From Kondoa subrosea (taxonomy: Eukaryota): a DNA stretch of 64,000 bases. A program made the translations under genes and the position numbers. Shown piece by piece: positions 26,361 to 38,996 of this stretch. The DNA lies in contig BCIN01000003.1 in the NCBI GenBank assembly GCA_039545335.1, positions 806,001-870,000 of the forward strand, in the 5' to 3' direction. Numbering within the stretch: position 1 is the stretch's first letter; each line of letters begins with the position of its first letter. Under the pieces are notes generated by a model that was given only the letters and a program-made list of their open reading frames with translations, had not been told where the DNA came from and ran no database searches.

Positions 26361-27101
26361 ATGTCTACCTCTAGACCAGCTTTCGTGTCTGAGCTTCTCT
26401 CACGCCCTCTGGCACCTCTCACTCCTCATGGCATGACTGATGACAAGAATCCGCCATACAGCGAAGCCATCAGATCTCAGATTGCAGATGGTCTCTATCA
26501 TCCCTTGATCGAGTCTTGCTTACATCTCATGAACGATGATCTTTTTTCGGCTCATGTAAGTCAAGAGCCTCCTTCAGTAGTAACTTCTGTTCGCTCATGT
26601 CTTACGCTTCTTGACTGCTCAAAGTTCTTATTACGTAAGATGCAAGAAGATGAATGGGGTGAGCAATCAATGTCACTAAGTTTAAAGCGACACTGATCGT
26701 TTATCAGGCAAATGGCTACACGCTTGCTTACATCAAGCTGAAGGCGATCTCGAATCCAACGCCAAGTTATGGTACGAACAGATTGATCCTAAAGTCTTAG
26801 CTGTCTATTGGGGAAACGAAGAACCAATCAAGAAAGCTCATGAGACGATGCGAAGGATCGGGAGAGCTCGGAAAGGAGAAGAAGATGACAAAGAAGTGAG
26901 AGAGATCAGATGGAAGGAATTGGTTGCTATTCTTGAAGCGCTCGAAGAGAAGCATGGGTGGGGCCAAGTTGAGGGTACTACAGTCTATACCAAGGATGAG
27001 AAGCCTGAGCACAAGAGCAATATCTTGGGAGAAGGTGCGTTTCTTCAGCATGAAAGTGGGCACAAACTCATATCCGTCAATCAGGCTGGAGAAAGTTCTG
27101 A
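26361..27101 (+). CDS. Conserved hypothetical protein with His motif
   Basis: Spliced HLMNDDLFSAH|FLLRKMQEDEWG|KWLHACLHQAEGDLESNAKLWY. Ends GEG WRKF* after a final intron. Confidence 0.75.
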
Positions 27102-27570
27102 GGGCAGAAAAAGAGATGAGAGTGAGATGAGAAGGCTTTCAAGCTCGTGGAATTGTACAATTGCATGCTATTCGATATTCTTGAGTATACAGTTGCGCTT
27201 CGCGGCGGAAGTTATAGGCTCACTTATTCTAGGCTCAATATAAGCCCCTTAAAGTCAACTACGTTGAAGAGCTTATGTTGAGCCTACACTTATTCAGCTG
27301 CAGCCATCAAGACGCGTCTCCCCAAAGTGTAGCTCGTTGAATATTGAGAGAAGCTTCCAGCAACATGCGGCTATAGGCGTTGCGGACTGAGAAGAGCAGA
27401 GAGAACCAGCCATAGTAGTCGGGCAAAAGTTGAGATTTAGAAGCGAAGACCTGAAAGTGAACAGTCTACGCTGCTGTCAAGCGAACAAAGTGAGCGGACG
27501 GCATGGTATTTGCGCGAGCGATGGCTGATAGTCGAAGTCTTGAAGCAACCCAAGTACTTCGGTTGAAGCA

Positions 27571-28791
27571 ATGGCAAACATCTCTCCTCTACCTCTCGAA
27601 GTCCTCGACTTGATCTATAGGCATCTCATTGGCAGCCGCAAAGACCTGCACAGGGCTCTGTTCGTGTCAAAAACTTTCCACTCCATCTGTCATGAATTTC
27701 TGTACGAAGATATCAGTTTTAGCAGACCCTGCTCTTCGACGCTCTTTCTGCATTGCCTTATTGTACATCCGGAGAAGCGCAACTGGGTTCGGACAATACG
27801 GTTCGCCATGAAAGAGTGGTCTTTGGCTGGCCGATCGCTTGTGGAAGAATCCTTGTTAACAACTCCGATGATACTACTGCTGCCGATGCTTCCCAATCTG
27901 CTTGGAGTGTACGATATCTGCGTACCTAAGCGCACATTGGAGGCGATGCTGTGCAATATATCCTCAATTCCGAGATTGAAGGTTCTTCGTCTGCACCAAC
28001 CTTCCGATAGGCAAACGTCTTTCCAAGAGTGGTCGCCACATCATCTGCTGCAATTATGCGCGAGCACATCGATCGATACACTCGAAATGCACGCATTCCA
28101 AGCCAGAACGAGTTTTACCGAAATCCAAAGCACACTTTCTCCCACTATCTCTACCCTGAACCTTGACGAATGCAGCTTCTCTACAGAAACTTTGACCAAT
28201 CTTCTGCAATCAGTAGCCCCAGGTCTGCAAGTGTTGAAGATCGCAGGCATATCAGCCTTGGACGCGGACGACTTCGTTGAGGTGTTGGCTACGACGGGCT
28301 TGAAAATACATACTCTTTGGCTCGACGATTGTGTTCTCAATGATCGTGGTGGTCCATACACGAGAGACTGGATGTCATGCCTACCCCAGCTTCGCGCCGC
28401 GCGGTTATCGGGATCCATTCTGGGCAAAGACTCTTTACTTAGCGCTCCGGCAAGTCTAATGCTTTTGGAGCTCTATAATACAGACGAGATTGATGCTGGT
28501 TGGCTTACGGCAACTTTCTCAGAATGGCAGGCAAAGGCAAAAAGATGCAGGCTTGTGATTTGGGACTTTGGAGGACATTGGCTTGATACACATCAAAGCA
28601 TCGTCCATGTTCGTCTGTCAGAGTAATACTGATATTATCATCGTCTGATTGGAATACAGAGGGCGCCAGAACACTATAATATAGACGTCGCCTTCTCATA
28701 TGATGAAGGGGCATACGATACTTCAACGAAAAACACTTGTTGTGTTGACAAGTGGGGGCACACCTCTGGACACACTAGTCAGGACACCTAA
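27571..28791 (+). CDS. F-box / LRR protein
   Basis: ISPLPLEVLDLIYRHL...LFVSKTFHSICHEFLYEDI followed by LRR-like repeats. Terminal intron from 28609. Confidence 0.85.
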
Positions 28792-28849
28792 CACGGTTCA
28801 GAGCGCATGTGAACACAAAATTCGGGGAGACCGCAAGAATAAGCCCAAC

Positions 28850-30934
28850 TTATGTGCTATCTGTGTTCTCCAAGAACGTCCGATATGTTTCGTTATGTGT
28901 TTCCTCTACCCACCTATACCCTAAGCTGTTCAGGAAGGTATCGAATGCTGCATATTCTGCTTCTGGTACTTGAATACCAGCCAGAATCTTTGCCAAATCT
29001 ACTCCGGCATGAGATCCAGCGCAACATAAAAGATTTGAGGCACTTACCTCCGCCCATATTCCTGTAGTGGAATAACGAGATATTCCAACCAGCATGCAAA
29101 CCAGACAAGAATTTTTTGAGCGCTCCCGGTCGTTCAGGGAATTCAAAGCGGAACATTCGCTCATTCGGTACATTTGCTCTTCCTCCAACAAGATAACGAG
29201 CATGAGATTTTGCCAGTTCATCTTCACTGAGATCGCGGACTTCGAATCCCTCCCCTTTGAGATTCGTTATGATGTTTTGCAGCTCTTCTGCTCGAGCTTC
29301 TTGCGGCGATTGAGTCGAGTGACCATTAGGCAGGCCAGCTGATACAGGTGCTGAGCCGGCTGATAAGTAGAAGGAGCAGATGATGAAGGCTCGTGTACCA
29401 GAAGAATAGCGATATGAGAATTCGGTGACTGATCGAGGATATATATGAGAGTAGAGTTTGATGAACCTGTAAGTCGAGACACGTGGTTCAGCTTTACGTG
29501 AGTCTGACCTGCTGTCCCACTCACGAGCCAGGAGTTTCCGGTATAACCACACTGAGTAGAGCTTCCCTCTTTTCTCCTAGCTCTGCTCGTTCGGCGACGA
29601 AGCGCAGTCTGTCGAAATTGATGTTGGCTCCGCTCACACTTGCAACGAATCGTTTCCCAGAACCTTGAAGCTTGTTCTGTTGTATATAGCGCTTCATGCC
29701 TGCTACTGCTAATGCTCCAGCTGGTTCGCAAACGGATCGAGTATCTGGTCCGTGAGACAGATCACCATCGATCAAAGCAGTATGAATCTTCATGGACTTA
29801 CCATCAAAGATATCCTTGATAGCAGCACATATTTCGTCATTCGAGACCAAAATCATTTCATCTACCAGCTCATTGCACACTCTGAACGTCTCTTCTCCAA
29901 TAACTCTCACTGCCGTTCCTTCGCTGAAGAGACCGACCTCAGAGAGGATGACCCTTTTACCAGCTTTCATGCTTTGGGTGAGGGCATCTCCATCGAACGT
30001 CTCAACACCAATGACTTTGACCGAAGGTGGAGCAATCTTCTTCACGTAAGCTGCTGTTCCAGCTAGTAGTCCACCACCACCAACACAACAAAAGACAGCA
30101 TCCAAAGAATTCGGGTCCGTTTCTCTCATTATCTCTACAGCTGAAGTACCTTGACCAGCAATGACATAAGGATCATCAAAAGGTGGGATGTTGGTCAATC
30201 CATGTACTTTTTCCAATCGCGAACATTCTTTCTTGGCTTCGTCGAAATCGGATCCGTGCAAGACTACTTTAGCTCCTAGTCGCTCGACGTTGCCCCATTT
30301 GATATGTGGTGTATTGAGCGGCATGACAATAGTGCATGCTATTCCAAGATGTCGGCCAGCCATAGCAACACCTTGAGCGTGATTGCCTGTCATATTGAAA
30401 CTTGCTGAGCCCAAGAAAAGAGCACAGCAGCATTCATACTGACCTGCTGAGCATGCGACAACACCTTTCCATCTCTCTTCTTCGGTCAAATTGGCCATAA
30501 GATTGTAAGCTCCTCTGATTTTAAAACTGAAAACAGGTTGCAGATCTTCTCTTTTCAGTAGTACATCGCAGCCCGTTTTCGCTGAAAGAGAAGTAGCTTT
30601 CGTTAAGGGTGCTATACTTCATACTTCAGCTGAAAACGAGATTGGATATGAACGGATGTAGCGAACTAGGTTGTACTAGATCATACACTCTTGAAGTCAA
30701 GATCAATCTGAGATAATCTGGTGTGCCATCAGGTTGCAAACAATGTTTCGGCAGACGTTTGTACAAATGCGATGGGATGTCAGCTTTGCTAGAAGAAGTG
30801 CCTTGGTAAGAAGTAGAAGGCGTTAGGTGAGGCGGTTGTAGAGCTGCAAAAGACAGAGTTTCGGGTGCTACTGCTTTCTCTGAGCTTGATTTGGCCTTGA
30901 CTTCATCCATTCTTATTGAGCGAAATTTATGCAA
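28850..30934 (-). CDS. ILV1: Threonine dehydratase, biosynthetic
   Basis: [90 protein letters not shown]. Start uncertain. Confidence 0.97.
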
Positions 30935-31163
30935 CGCGGGTAGGAGCAGGCAATTTGGCTTCAGAGATGATCTGGTATACTATGAAGGCTTGGTATGTCG
31001 GTCAAACTTGCAGTTCAGGGGTATAAACGTCCTCGTTCGAGTCAATATGGGATTTCACAGAATTTAGGTAATGTCATGCAAACAGGCAGTAATGCATAGA
31101 TTCGGGTAGAACAGTGCATTCCGGCTATTTCCTGTCATACCCCTCCCCAGTGACCATTATGAC

Positions 31164-32613
31164 TCACGCCTTCGCGCTCAAGGATGGCTTCTCGTCGTCG
31201 AAAGCGGCGTAATAAGGTAGCTTGAAGTCCTCTGCGGTTTCCGACTCTCCTGCACCAAGACGTTTGAGCAGCCAATGTTGCTTTGCGAGTTGCGATAAAG
31301 TCCAAAGCAAGCCACGAATGAGCACTCGATGCCATTCACTAGCGGGATGTACAATGCCGGGCACAAAGCTGGGAATTTGTTGCGTCTCTTCAACGAAAGG
31401 TTTGAAAGCGGCTTCATAGGCTTCAAGAGCTGGACCTGGATGATCGCCTTCCGCCAGCTTGCTGATTTCGCCTGCAAGAACGTAGCTTCCGAGAATAGCC
31501 AGCGGTGCACCTTTGCCCGTCAGTGGTGTTGGAGCATACGCAGAGTCTGTTCATAGCTGTCAGTGTATTGACTAGTGTCAGCAGAGCTGAAACTTACCAC
31601 CTACGCATACCACTCGATTCTCTGACCATTTAGCCAGCCTAATCTGTTCAATAGCATGCATGTAGAAATCTCCTGGTTGCTGTTCCAAACTGTCCAACAA
31701 CCTTTGCGTTTGCCAGCCAACACCAGTAAATGTTCTTCTGATGAGCGCTTCTTTGGTATGGTAATCACTTCTGCAAGCTTCCTTCCACTCCTTCTTCTCT
31801 TGCTCTGTAGATGGCATGTAGGTCAAACCAGCTCGAATGGTACCATACGGATCAGGTCGCAACCAAAGAACTGATGCTTTGGTACTAGTATAGATCTTCC
31901 AGTTGTTGTCATCGCTTGCTATTCGCGGCATTGTCCAATAGATAGCAATAGCTCCTTTGTCTACAATCGTTACGTTTTCAGCTGGGAAACTATAATTAAC
32001 ATATAATGAACCTTCAACTGCGTTAAAAGTCAGGTAAGTAAGTTCAAGCGTACCATTGTTTGCGAATCCTTGACCACTGTCCATCGGCAGCTACAAGTAA
32101 ATCATGCTCTTGAATTTCTCCATTCGCCAATTCTACTTTTACGCTCTTCTCTCCATTCTCAAGTACTTTCGTGACCCCGGAACCAAATTTGTACTCTACG
32201 TTTGGTAGATCTTTCGTTGCTTCATACATCAAAGTAGCCAAATCACCGCGCAAGATTTCAAATTCGTTGGTCATGCTGTTCCGTAGTCCTTTCACCAGAG
32301 GAAAAGAAGCGAACGGTTTGCCAGATGAAAGCACAAATTCGGTACCAGTCTCGCCTGTATTCCTCTTACGTAGTTCATCTAGCAAACCCATTCTTCGGAC
32401 TACTTGTAAGGCAGTATCTGTTACGTCGACTATCGTCTCGAGCGAATCAGAAATAGATTGATTGAAGCGTTTTACTGATAACGCACTGTTTTGGCCTTGC
32501 GACATCAAGGATTTACTCTTCTCTATGACAGTAATGTGATGACCACCAGCTTTTGCTAGATGCCATGCTAAAGCAGGACCACCGACTCCAGCGCCTGCTA
32601 TCAAGATCCGCAT
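31164..32613 (-). CDS. FAD-dependent monooxygenase/oxidoreductase (FAD_binding_3)
   Basis: IAGAGVGG, EFEILRGDL, VAADGQWS and VVCVG|DSAYAPTPLTGKG fingerprints. Confidence 0.92.
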
Positions 32614-33329
32614 TGTTTCTGATTAAGAGGCCGTGACGATGGCTTCGCTGATTGCTGCTTCTCGGAGGATACAGGCTTGGTCAACTTTGTACAGCTGGTG
32701 TACAGAAAGCAAGAGAGCAGCAAGATTTAATTTGTATCATTGCTGCCGAAGATTGCGTTCACGATCCGGCCGAAAGATCAAGGACTGTGTACGTAGAGTG
32801 ACAGAGAGTTCGACAGAGTAGAGCATTGCTTAGTGACAGAGCTGCCAGGATCAGACACTTGTTCAACGGCCGATTGTAGACGAGCAGACGAGGCACAAAA
32901 TCTTTGGCGAAGTAGCAGCCAAATCTACTTGACTTTGCTAGTCATCGTCATGTGCAGAGGCATATCTGCAAAGGAGCGTGACGAGCATGGAGCGATGTTG
33001 GTTCGTTGCTCAGGTGGAAGTCAGGGGAGCACGAGATGCTACTTTGTTTCGGCTTGGCGCTATAACTAAGCAGACGCAATAATGTTCCGAGTACCTGTCA
33101 GCATCTCCAAGTGATCCATCTCAGCGCTCGAATAAGTCTTCGCCAATGTCTATCCAATCCCTTCAAGGCGCAGCTGCCAAAGTTTTTGGAAAGTGCCAGC
33201 TGGATCTAAGGCAGGTTTGCTGTCCTTTCACAGACCAGAAACGAGTCGAGAGAATGGTAGATCTTCGAGTGTATCGAGAGTCGGAGGCGCGCAATCGAGA
33301 TGTTGTTGCTGTATTGCGAAGAGAGTTTG

Positions 33330-34485
33330 CTATTCTTCGACTCCTGCCTCTTTTGTTACGATGTCGGGGAAATTTACAACGGCGGTGGTCGACTTTATTG
33401 AGTTCTATTGATTCAGTCAGCTATGTCGGCAGCAGGATGGAAAATCTCTCACAAGCAGCAGAAGCCGATCTTCCGAAGGCCATACATCTTCATTTCCTCT
33501 CAAGACCAATTCACAGTCTTTCAGCTTCCAGTTCAATATTGTGATAGCCAGCCAAGCTACATCCCAGTGCGATCTAGGCCGTAATTCGACGTATTTTGTA
33601 GTGGGAGCGAGAAACAGTAGGGAACGGTAATTCAACCACACATAGTCAAATCGAACAGTCTGCAAGCTTGACATGATCTCGAGCCAATTTGCTCTGGACA
33701 AGAGCGCATCCTGACCATTGAACATATATGCCATGGAGACGTTCCTCAATGAGCCGCCGTATTCATGTATGCATAGAATGAAGCCTTCCAGAGTGATGTT
33801 CGACAGGTTACAGAGACGGAGGTCGTATAATCTAGAAGAGAAGCCAGAGAATAGAACAATTAGACAGTTGTCGTCAATAGAGCATTCATCGAGAGATAAC
33901 GCTGTTATCGACGGACTAAGGACCCCCTGTCCCAAGTACTCCAGTTCTGAATCTTGTCCGAAGCGGCTGAGGGAGAGATGCTTCAGGGCTGGTGTTGCAC
34001 AGCTCTGTTATATCCTCGAAAGACCAGCGGTCATAGCTGCGCTGTTCTTCTTCAGAAGGCTCATATAGGCCTAGCTCAACCAAGTGCATATTGCCAATGT
34101 TTGTCATGTAATCTGAATTGTCCCGTGTACATAAAGGTGGGTCGAGTAGACTGGTGAGTTTGGGTAGCATCGCAAGGAGCTGAGATACTGCTGCGGCAGC
34201 TACAGTAGTAAACTCCGGGGAGTAGTCGTGCCAATTGACAATACCTAGAGCCAGAGTACGAACCCAGGCGCTTCGTTGCGGCTTCGAAATCAGTCGGCGG
34301 AGGAATATCGGTACAGACTTGGGATGCATAAGAGTTACTTCTTCGTAGAGTAGACGTCCATGGCAGATCTCGTAGAAAGCTTTGCAGACCAGACATGCTT
34401 GGTAAAGATCCAGGCTGCCGGAGGAGATGAGATGTGCGCAGACCAATTCGAGTACCTCGGGCGAAAGATCTTGAATCCTGGCCAT
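33330..34485 (-). pseudogene. Frameshifted F-box / LRR paralog
   Basis: IQDLSPEVLELVCAHL F-box. The frame shifts at about 33987 (LCNTS / LKHLSLSRFGQ...LSPSITALSLDECS) with no intron signals; otherwise colinear with the 27571 paralog. Confidence 0.7.
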
Positions 34486-34859
34486 ATTCTGCTGCCGGAG
34501 TAAATACAGATGCAGCAGAGGAGAAGCTCAGGTTTAGTAAGGACCAAGTATGTTTCGTCAAGACGTTTGATTAGGGAACTTGAGGCTTCTCTTCCTGTCT
34601 GGCGATAGAATGAGCTTTTACGGAACGAGGTCCCTGAGACTTACAGCACGAGCTGCCCTTGACTGCTACTCCGACCTGACTTGCAAACCTTTCGAACCAA
34701 TATCCACCTCGCTTGCGCTCAACCGTGACTGCCTGCACCTCCTGGAGCCTGCCCGAGTCTGCTTTTACACCAGTCTCTTCTCCCTGTGGTATCGCCCTCC
34801 CGTGGTATCTGTTGTCTCGCTCGTTTCAAGCCAAGTTTGGCCGGAACAGATCTCGAGCA

Positions 34860-36572
34860 ATGCCAGCTCGTCGCCGCCTGAATGGCTTCAATCTTATTCC
34901 CTATTGCGATGGTATCGACAAAGCTGCAGCTCAATTCGATGATTCGATGGATAACACCGCTTCTTTCGCTTTACCGCGAATAGCACAACAGTCAGAGTAT
35001 TTGATGTTGTCTCGTTTGCCTGTATTCTCTCGTTATACCAATCTATGACGTCGTAATGATCTTTTCTTCAGGTCCTCTCCTCCATCCAATCTTCCGCGAA
35101 AGTAACAGCCAAGCGAAACTATACTGCGGCGGTCATCGAAAGCGCTGTCCAAGAATCGTTAGTCGAAGCGATTGGTCAGACTGACCTCCGTCTTCCGCCG
35201 GCAGAAGAGCAACCTTCTTCTTCTCAGACTCGTCCAGCGAAACGACGTAAAGATTCATCGGACACTAAAGGCTCAACTTCGAGAGCTGGAGGCAGCATAG
35301 CGCCCAAGAGACCTATGCAAGGATGGGAACTTTTGAAGGCGATTGAGAAGAAGAACTTGACCAGTCAGTCCATGTTTCTCCCAAACTAGCTGTTCTGATG
35401 CGGATTTGGGAGCGTAGCTATATTCGAAGCTAGAGATCACGCATTCCCTTTACTCGTTACTGCGCATTCTGGATCTCTACCTTTGTTGTATACGTTGAGG
35501 ATAGGCGCTTCGCATAGAGATATAGCTATTCTCATTACCGGCGCACTTTCAAGGTTGGTCTTTCACAAGTGCCGTTCGCTTTCTCGCTGATTCTTGCTCA
35601 GATGGGTGAATAACCTAGACGCAGATCAGAAACCATCTGTGCGTTTATCGCATGCTATTTAGCTTTGGCTAATGAAGCATTCGATGGCGGACAGCCCGCA
35701 ACCACTGCTTTACTGAGAGCAGTACGGACGAATCTGAAACTTGCGATCAACGAATCTCTCTCGAGAAATGACACAGATTTGATATCGTTTGTTTCCAATT
35801 CTAGGTAATAATATAGCAATGCTGATAGTACTGCACAGATCTTATTTGCAAGTCGTAGTCATGGTCAGTACACGGAAAACGGTGTCAGCCTATATGCTGA
35901 TACTACATTTCCGTTGATCTGACAGTCTCAAGGTAGGGTTTTCGTGCTATCATACTATTGCTAGATCAAATGCGGTATTTGACAGGCGATAAATGGATTC
36001 GAGAACAAGGGCAAGCGGTCGGTTTGGCTCTTCGACAAGGCAAAAGTGGATCGCCTGTCCAAACTGCTGAAGAAGCCGTATTGCGATTCGCAACGTCTGA
36101 ACTCCGAACCTTGAACAAGACAGCTAGTATTTCTTCCGTGGATGATTATATCGTAAGTCCTTCACTGCACCACATCGGCTGGAAGCTGACAAGAAGACAC
36201 AGTCAAATGCTACTGCTGATCTTGTTTTGATGGGGATCGTGTCTTGCATCAGTGATTCCTTACCTTACATTGCAGCTTTACCAACGTATCAATTCGCAAG
36301 AGATGTAAGCTCATCTCTATTCCAACGCTCGAAAAGTAATGCTAAATAGAAAACAGGATCGACTCTTCAAGACTTTCCAAACTGAAATCACTTCTTTACA
36401 ACGAGAACCGAGCTACACGAAACTCTCTCGACTGTTACGAGATCAGATCAAGTCAGCAATGGACATTATGCCTTCTCGAGCTGTCTCGCATAGAGCGAAA
36501 GTAGAGAAACTGGCTGCTGTTCTGGATGAAGATGGTGGACGATTGAGAAGAAGATCAAGTTCTCATGGTTGA
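34860..36572 (+). CDS. Hypothetical multi-exon protein
   Basis: Chain of GT-AG-bounded exons: MPARRRLNG..., WELLKAIEKKN, RDIAILITGALSR|WVNNLD, AVRTNLKLAINESL, GDKWIREQG, YQFARD|DRLFKTF. Function not recognised. Confidence 0.7.
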
Positions 36573-36625
36573 TGTGGAATGTTATCATTGTAGATATCTT
36601 GTACTATTCGTTTGTAATACTAGTA

Positions 36626-36628
<3 letters not shown>

Positions 36629-36670
<42 letters not shown>
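36629..36670. repeat. (GA)21 microsatellite
   Basis: Perfect dinucleotide run between the convergent 3' ends of the 34860 gene and ATP7. Confidence 0.97.
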
Positions 36671-36672
<2 letters not shown>

Positions 36673-36825
36673 AAGAATCACAGAAAGCCTTTAAGGAAGG
36701 CGAGCAAGAATATGCTGTAACAGAGAAGAAGCTAGAGATCAAAACATGGGCGAATAATTTCCGAAACACCATTGCATTGATTCGCAATTAAACATTGATA
36801 GATACGAATGCCGCAGATCCAATTC

Positions 36826-37614
36826 TCACATTGCCGAGATGTTTCCGAACCTGTCATACTGGTCAGCACAATGATCCGGAAGACTTGCTCGACTAACTTC
36901 TCGGTGTAGCCTTAAAAAGCAAGATTAGCTATGTAAGGCTCAAAAGAACGGAAGCAGGCTTTACCTGGAACGGTCCATTTGCCATGTTGAATCATAGTAT
37001 CAACAGTTTCTGGGATCTGAGGTCTGGCTTTAGCGATATCTTGCAAAGTCAAATCCTCGAAAGGTCTGGCATCTTCAATATCGGACAAAGTTGAGTTGAG
37101 CTGCTTCAATTCTTGACCAATCTTGCTGGAAGTTTGTTCAGCACTTGAGGTCTGTTCCATGGGATCAGTAAAGTATAAGAGACGCATGTGAAGGAAGAGA
37201 AACAAACAGCTTTTTGCTCGAAAGCTTCAATAGTCTTCAATTGAGCTGCCAAGTCATAATCCACAGGTTTGTAGGAAGAATAAATCTTCTCCAACTGAGA
37301 GATGACTTCTGTATTCTTCAAGACAGACTTGTAATGGTTGAAATCAACCTGAATCGCTCCAAGTCAACACCGAAGCCTTTTCCCGCAATTTTCTAGACGC
37401 TAACCTCTGTCTTTTGAGATTTCAACTGAGACAGAGTCTTGCGTGCGTCCTCGTTGCGCTTGCGGAAAGCAGAGATGCCGCTTAAGGCTGATTTCGATAA
37501 TCCGAATTTGGAGCTCAACCGAGCGAAATCCACAGCGGCTCTGCGTATTCAGATGATCAGGTTACATTACTGAGCACCAGGTATCAGAGCTGACGCTTTT
37601 GCTGGAGCTGCCAT
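36826..37614 (-). CDS. ATP7: Mitochondrial ATP synthase subunit d
   Basis: AFRKRNEDAR, VDFNHYKSVLKN, QLKTIEAFEQKA, IEDARPFEDLT, GKWTVPG|YTEK|FGNISAM*. Confidence 0.95.
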
Positions 37615-38996
37615 CGTTGTGTCGAGAAGTGAATATTATCGACTCTTTCCGAAACCCATGACTCGCTAAGCTGGATCTGTACACTAGGTCTGATAGGCTG
37701 CTAGTGCTACGGCAAACAAGAGCACGCAAAAGGCGATTATATCCTCGGGCTTTCATTTTAATCTCAAGGCCTTGTTGCGAATGGCAGACCGACTTGGCTG
37801 CTTCCGCTTTTATGACAAGTCTTTCATCATGTACTTGTACTGCCAGACATCGCAGTAGAGCGAGATGGCCTTGTTCGGTTTTCAATAGCTGCGTCGTTTT
37901 TTTGGTTTCGCTTTCTCTCTTTGCTTTCTATTTCATCTATCTTCCTTCTTGCTCTTATTCTATCACCATTGTGACATGGTTACTCCTGGTTTTCCGCAAG
38001 CTACTGCACCCGACTCGACGACAAATGATCGCTGAGCAATCTTCGCACGCCAATGTGACAAGAAGAACAGCTCATTAGTGCCGCTACCGCAGCTGTAGCA
38101 GTTTCTAAACTTTCTGTTCATTCTATTCTGCCTTTCGCTGTTGCATCAGTCGCGGCTGTGTATCATCGTCATCAAGCCAACAACCAAGCTGCGAGCTTCC
38201 GAGTTCTGCAAATACAGCGCTTCAGTCTACTCTATGAACCAATCCATCACTATGTGACGGACACTACCATCATGATTACTCGTATTCCTTTTGTTTGCGC
38301 CAATATCTGGGATGCTTGCGATGCTCTAACCTATTGCCCTCTGTTGACGTGTTTCCAACTCGATCATGGAAGTATCGATACCTGGGTTATCTGGGCAAAA
38401 ACGATTAGCAATGATACTCTTGGTGAATTGCTACCGCTCGAGTCCCATATTTCGTCGGAGCAAAGACTTGCTCACTGGAACGTCATTTTGAGAAAATTGG
38501 CTCAAGCGAAGCATTTGGAACAAAAGTGGAAGGACTAGAGTTGCCTTATTGCACGATATATCTTTCTGAGCTCTGAGCGCTTGTATCCTTTGCGTCGCTT
38601 GAGAGCTCAATCATGCAGTGCAGCTTATTAAACGAAAGATTACTGCAGCTCGCACACAAAGCTGAAGAGGATCAGACGAATGCGAATAGTGATGTTTGCC
38701 CCAGACCCAGAGCTATATGTCAAGAGATCGCTCCTGCTCTCCAACCTCCATTTTTGAAACCTCGACCCCTTTGTGCTCAGATCAACGAGCTTTGCCTCGG
38801 AATACTTCTAGAGCTGTACAGATCACCCATTACTGCAGCTGCCCATCGTGATTTGACATCGCTAGCTTGGCTTTGGAAATTTGAGATACCGCGCTTTTGC
38901 ATTATATCCTGCCGCCCTCCATCCCGGCTTGAAAGCTATCAAGAGGTGTTACGTTGAGCTTGAAGAGGTGCTCTAGTGTACTAGGATTTGATCAGT

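Noticed and set aside
2299..32613. Secondary-metabolite cluster (CtvD-like protein, methyltransferase, FAD monooxygenase)
   Set aside because: The genes are spread over 30 kb among housekeeping genes, and there is no backbone synthase.
37704..38957. ORFs of 107-126 aa between ATP7 and the sugar porter
   Set aside because: No recognisable motifs or splice chain; more likely promoter or 5' leader sequence.
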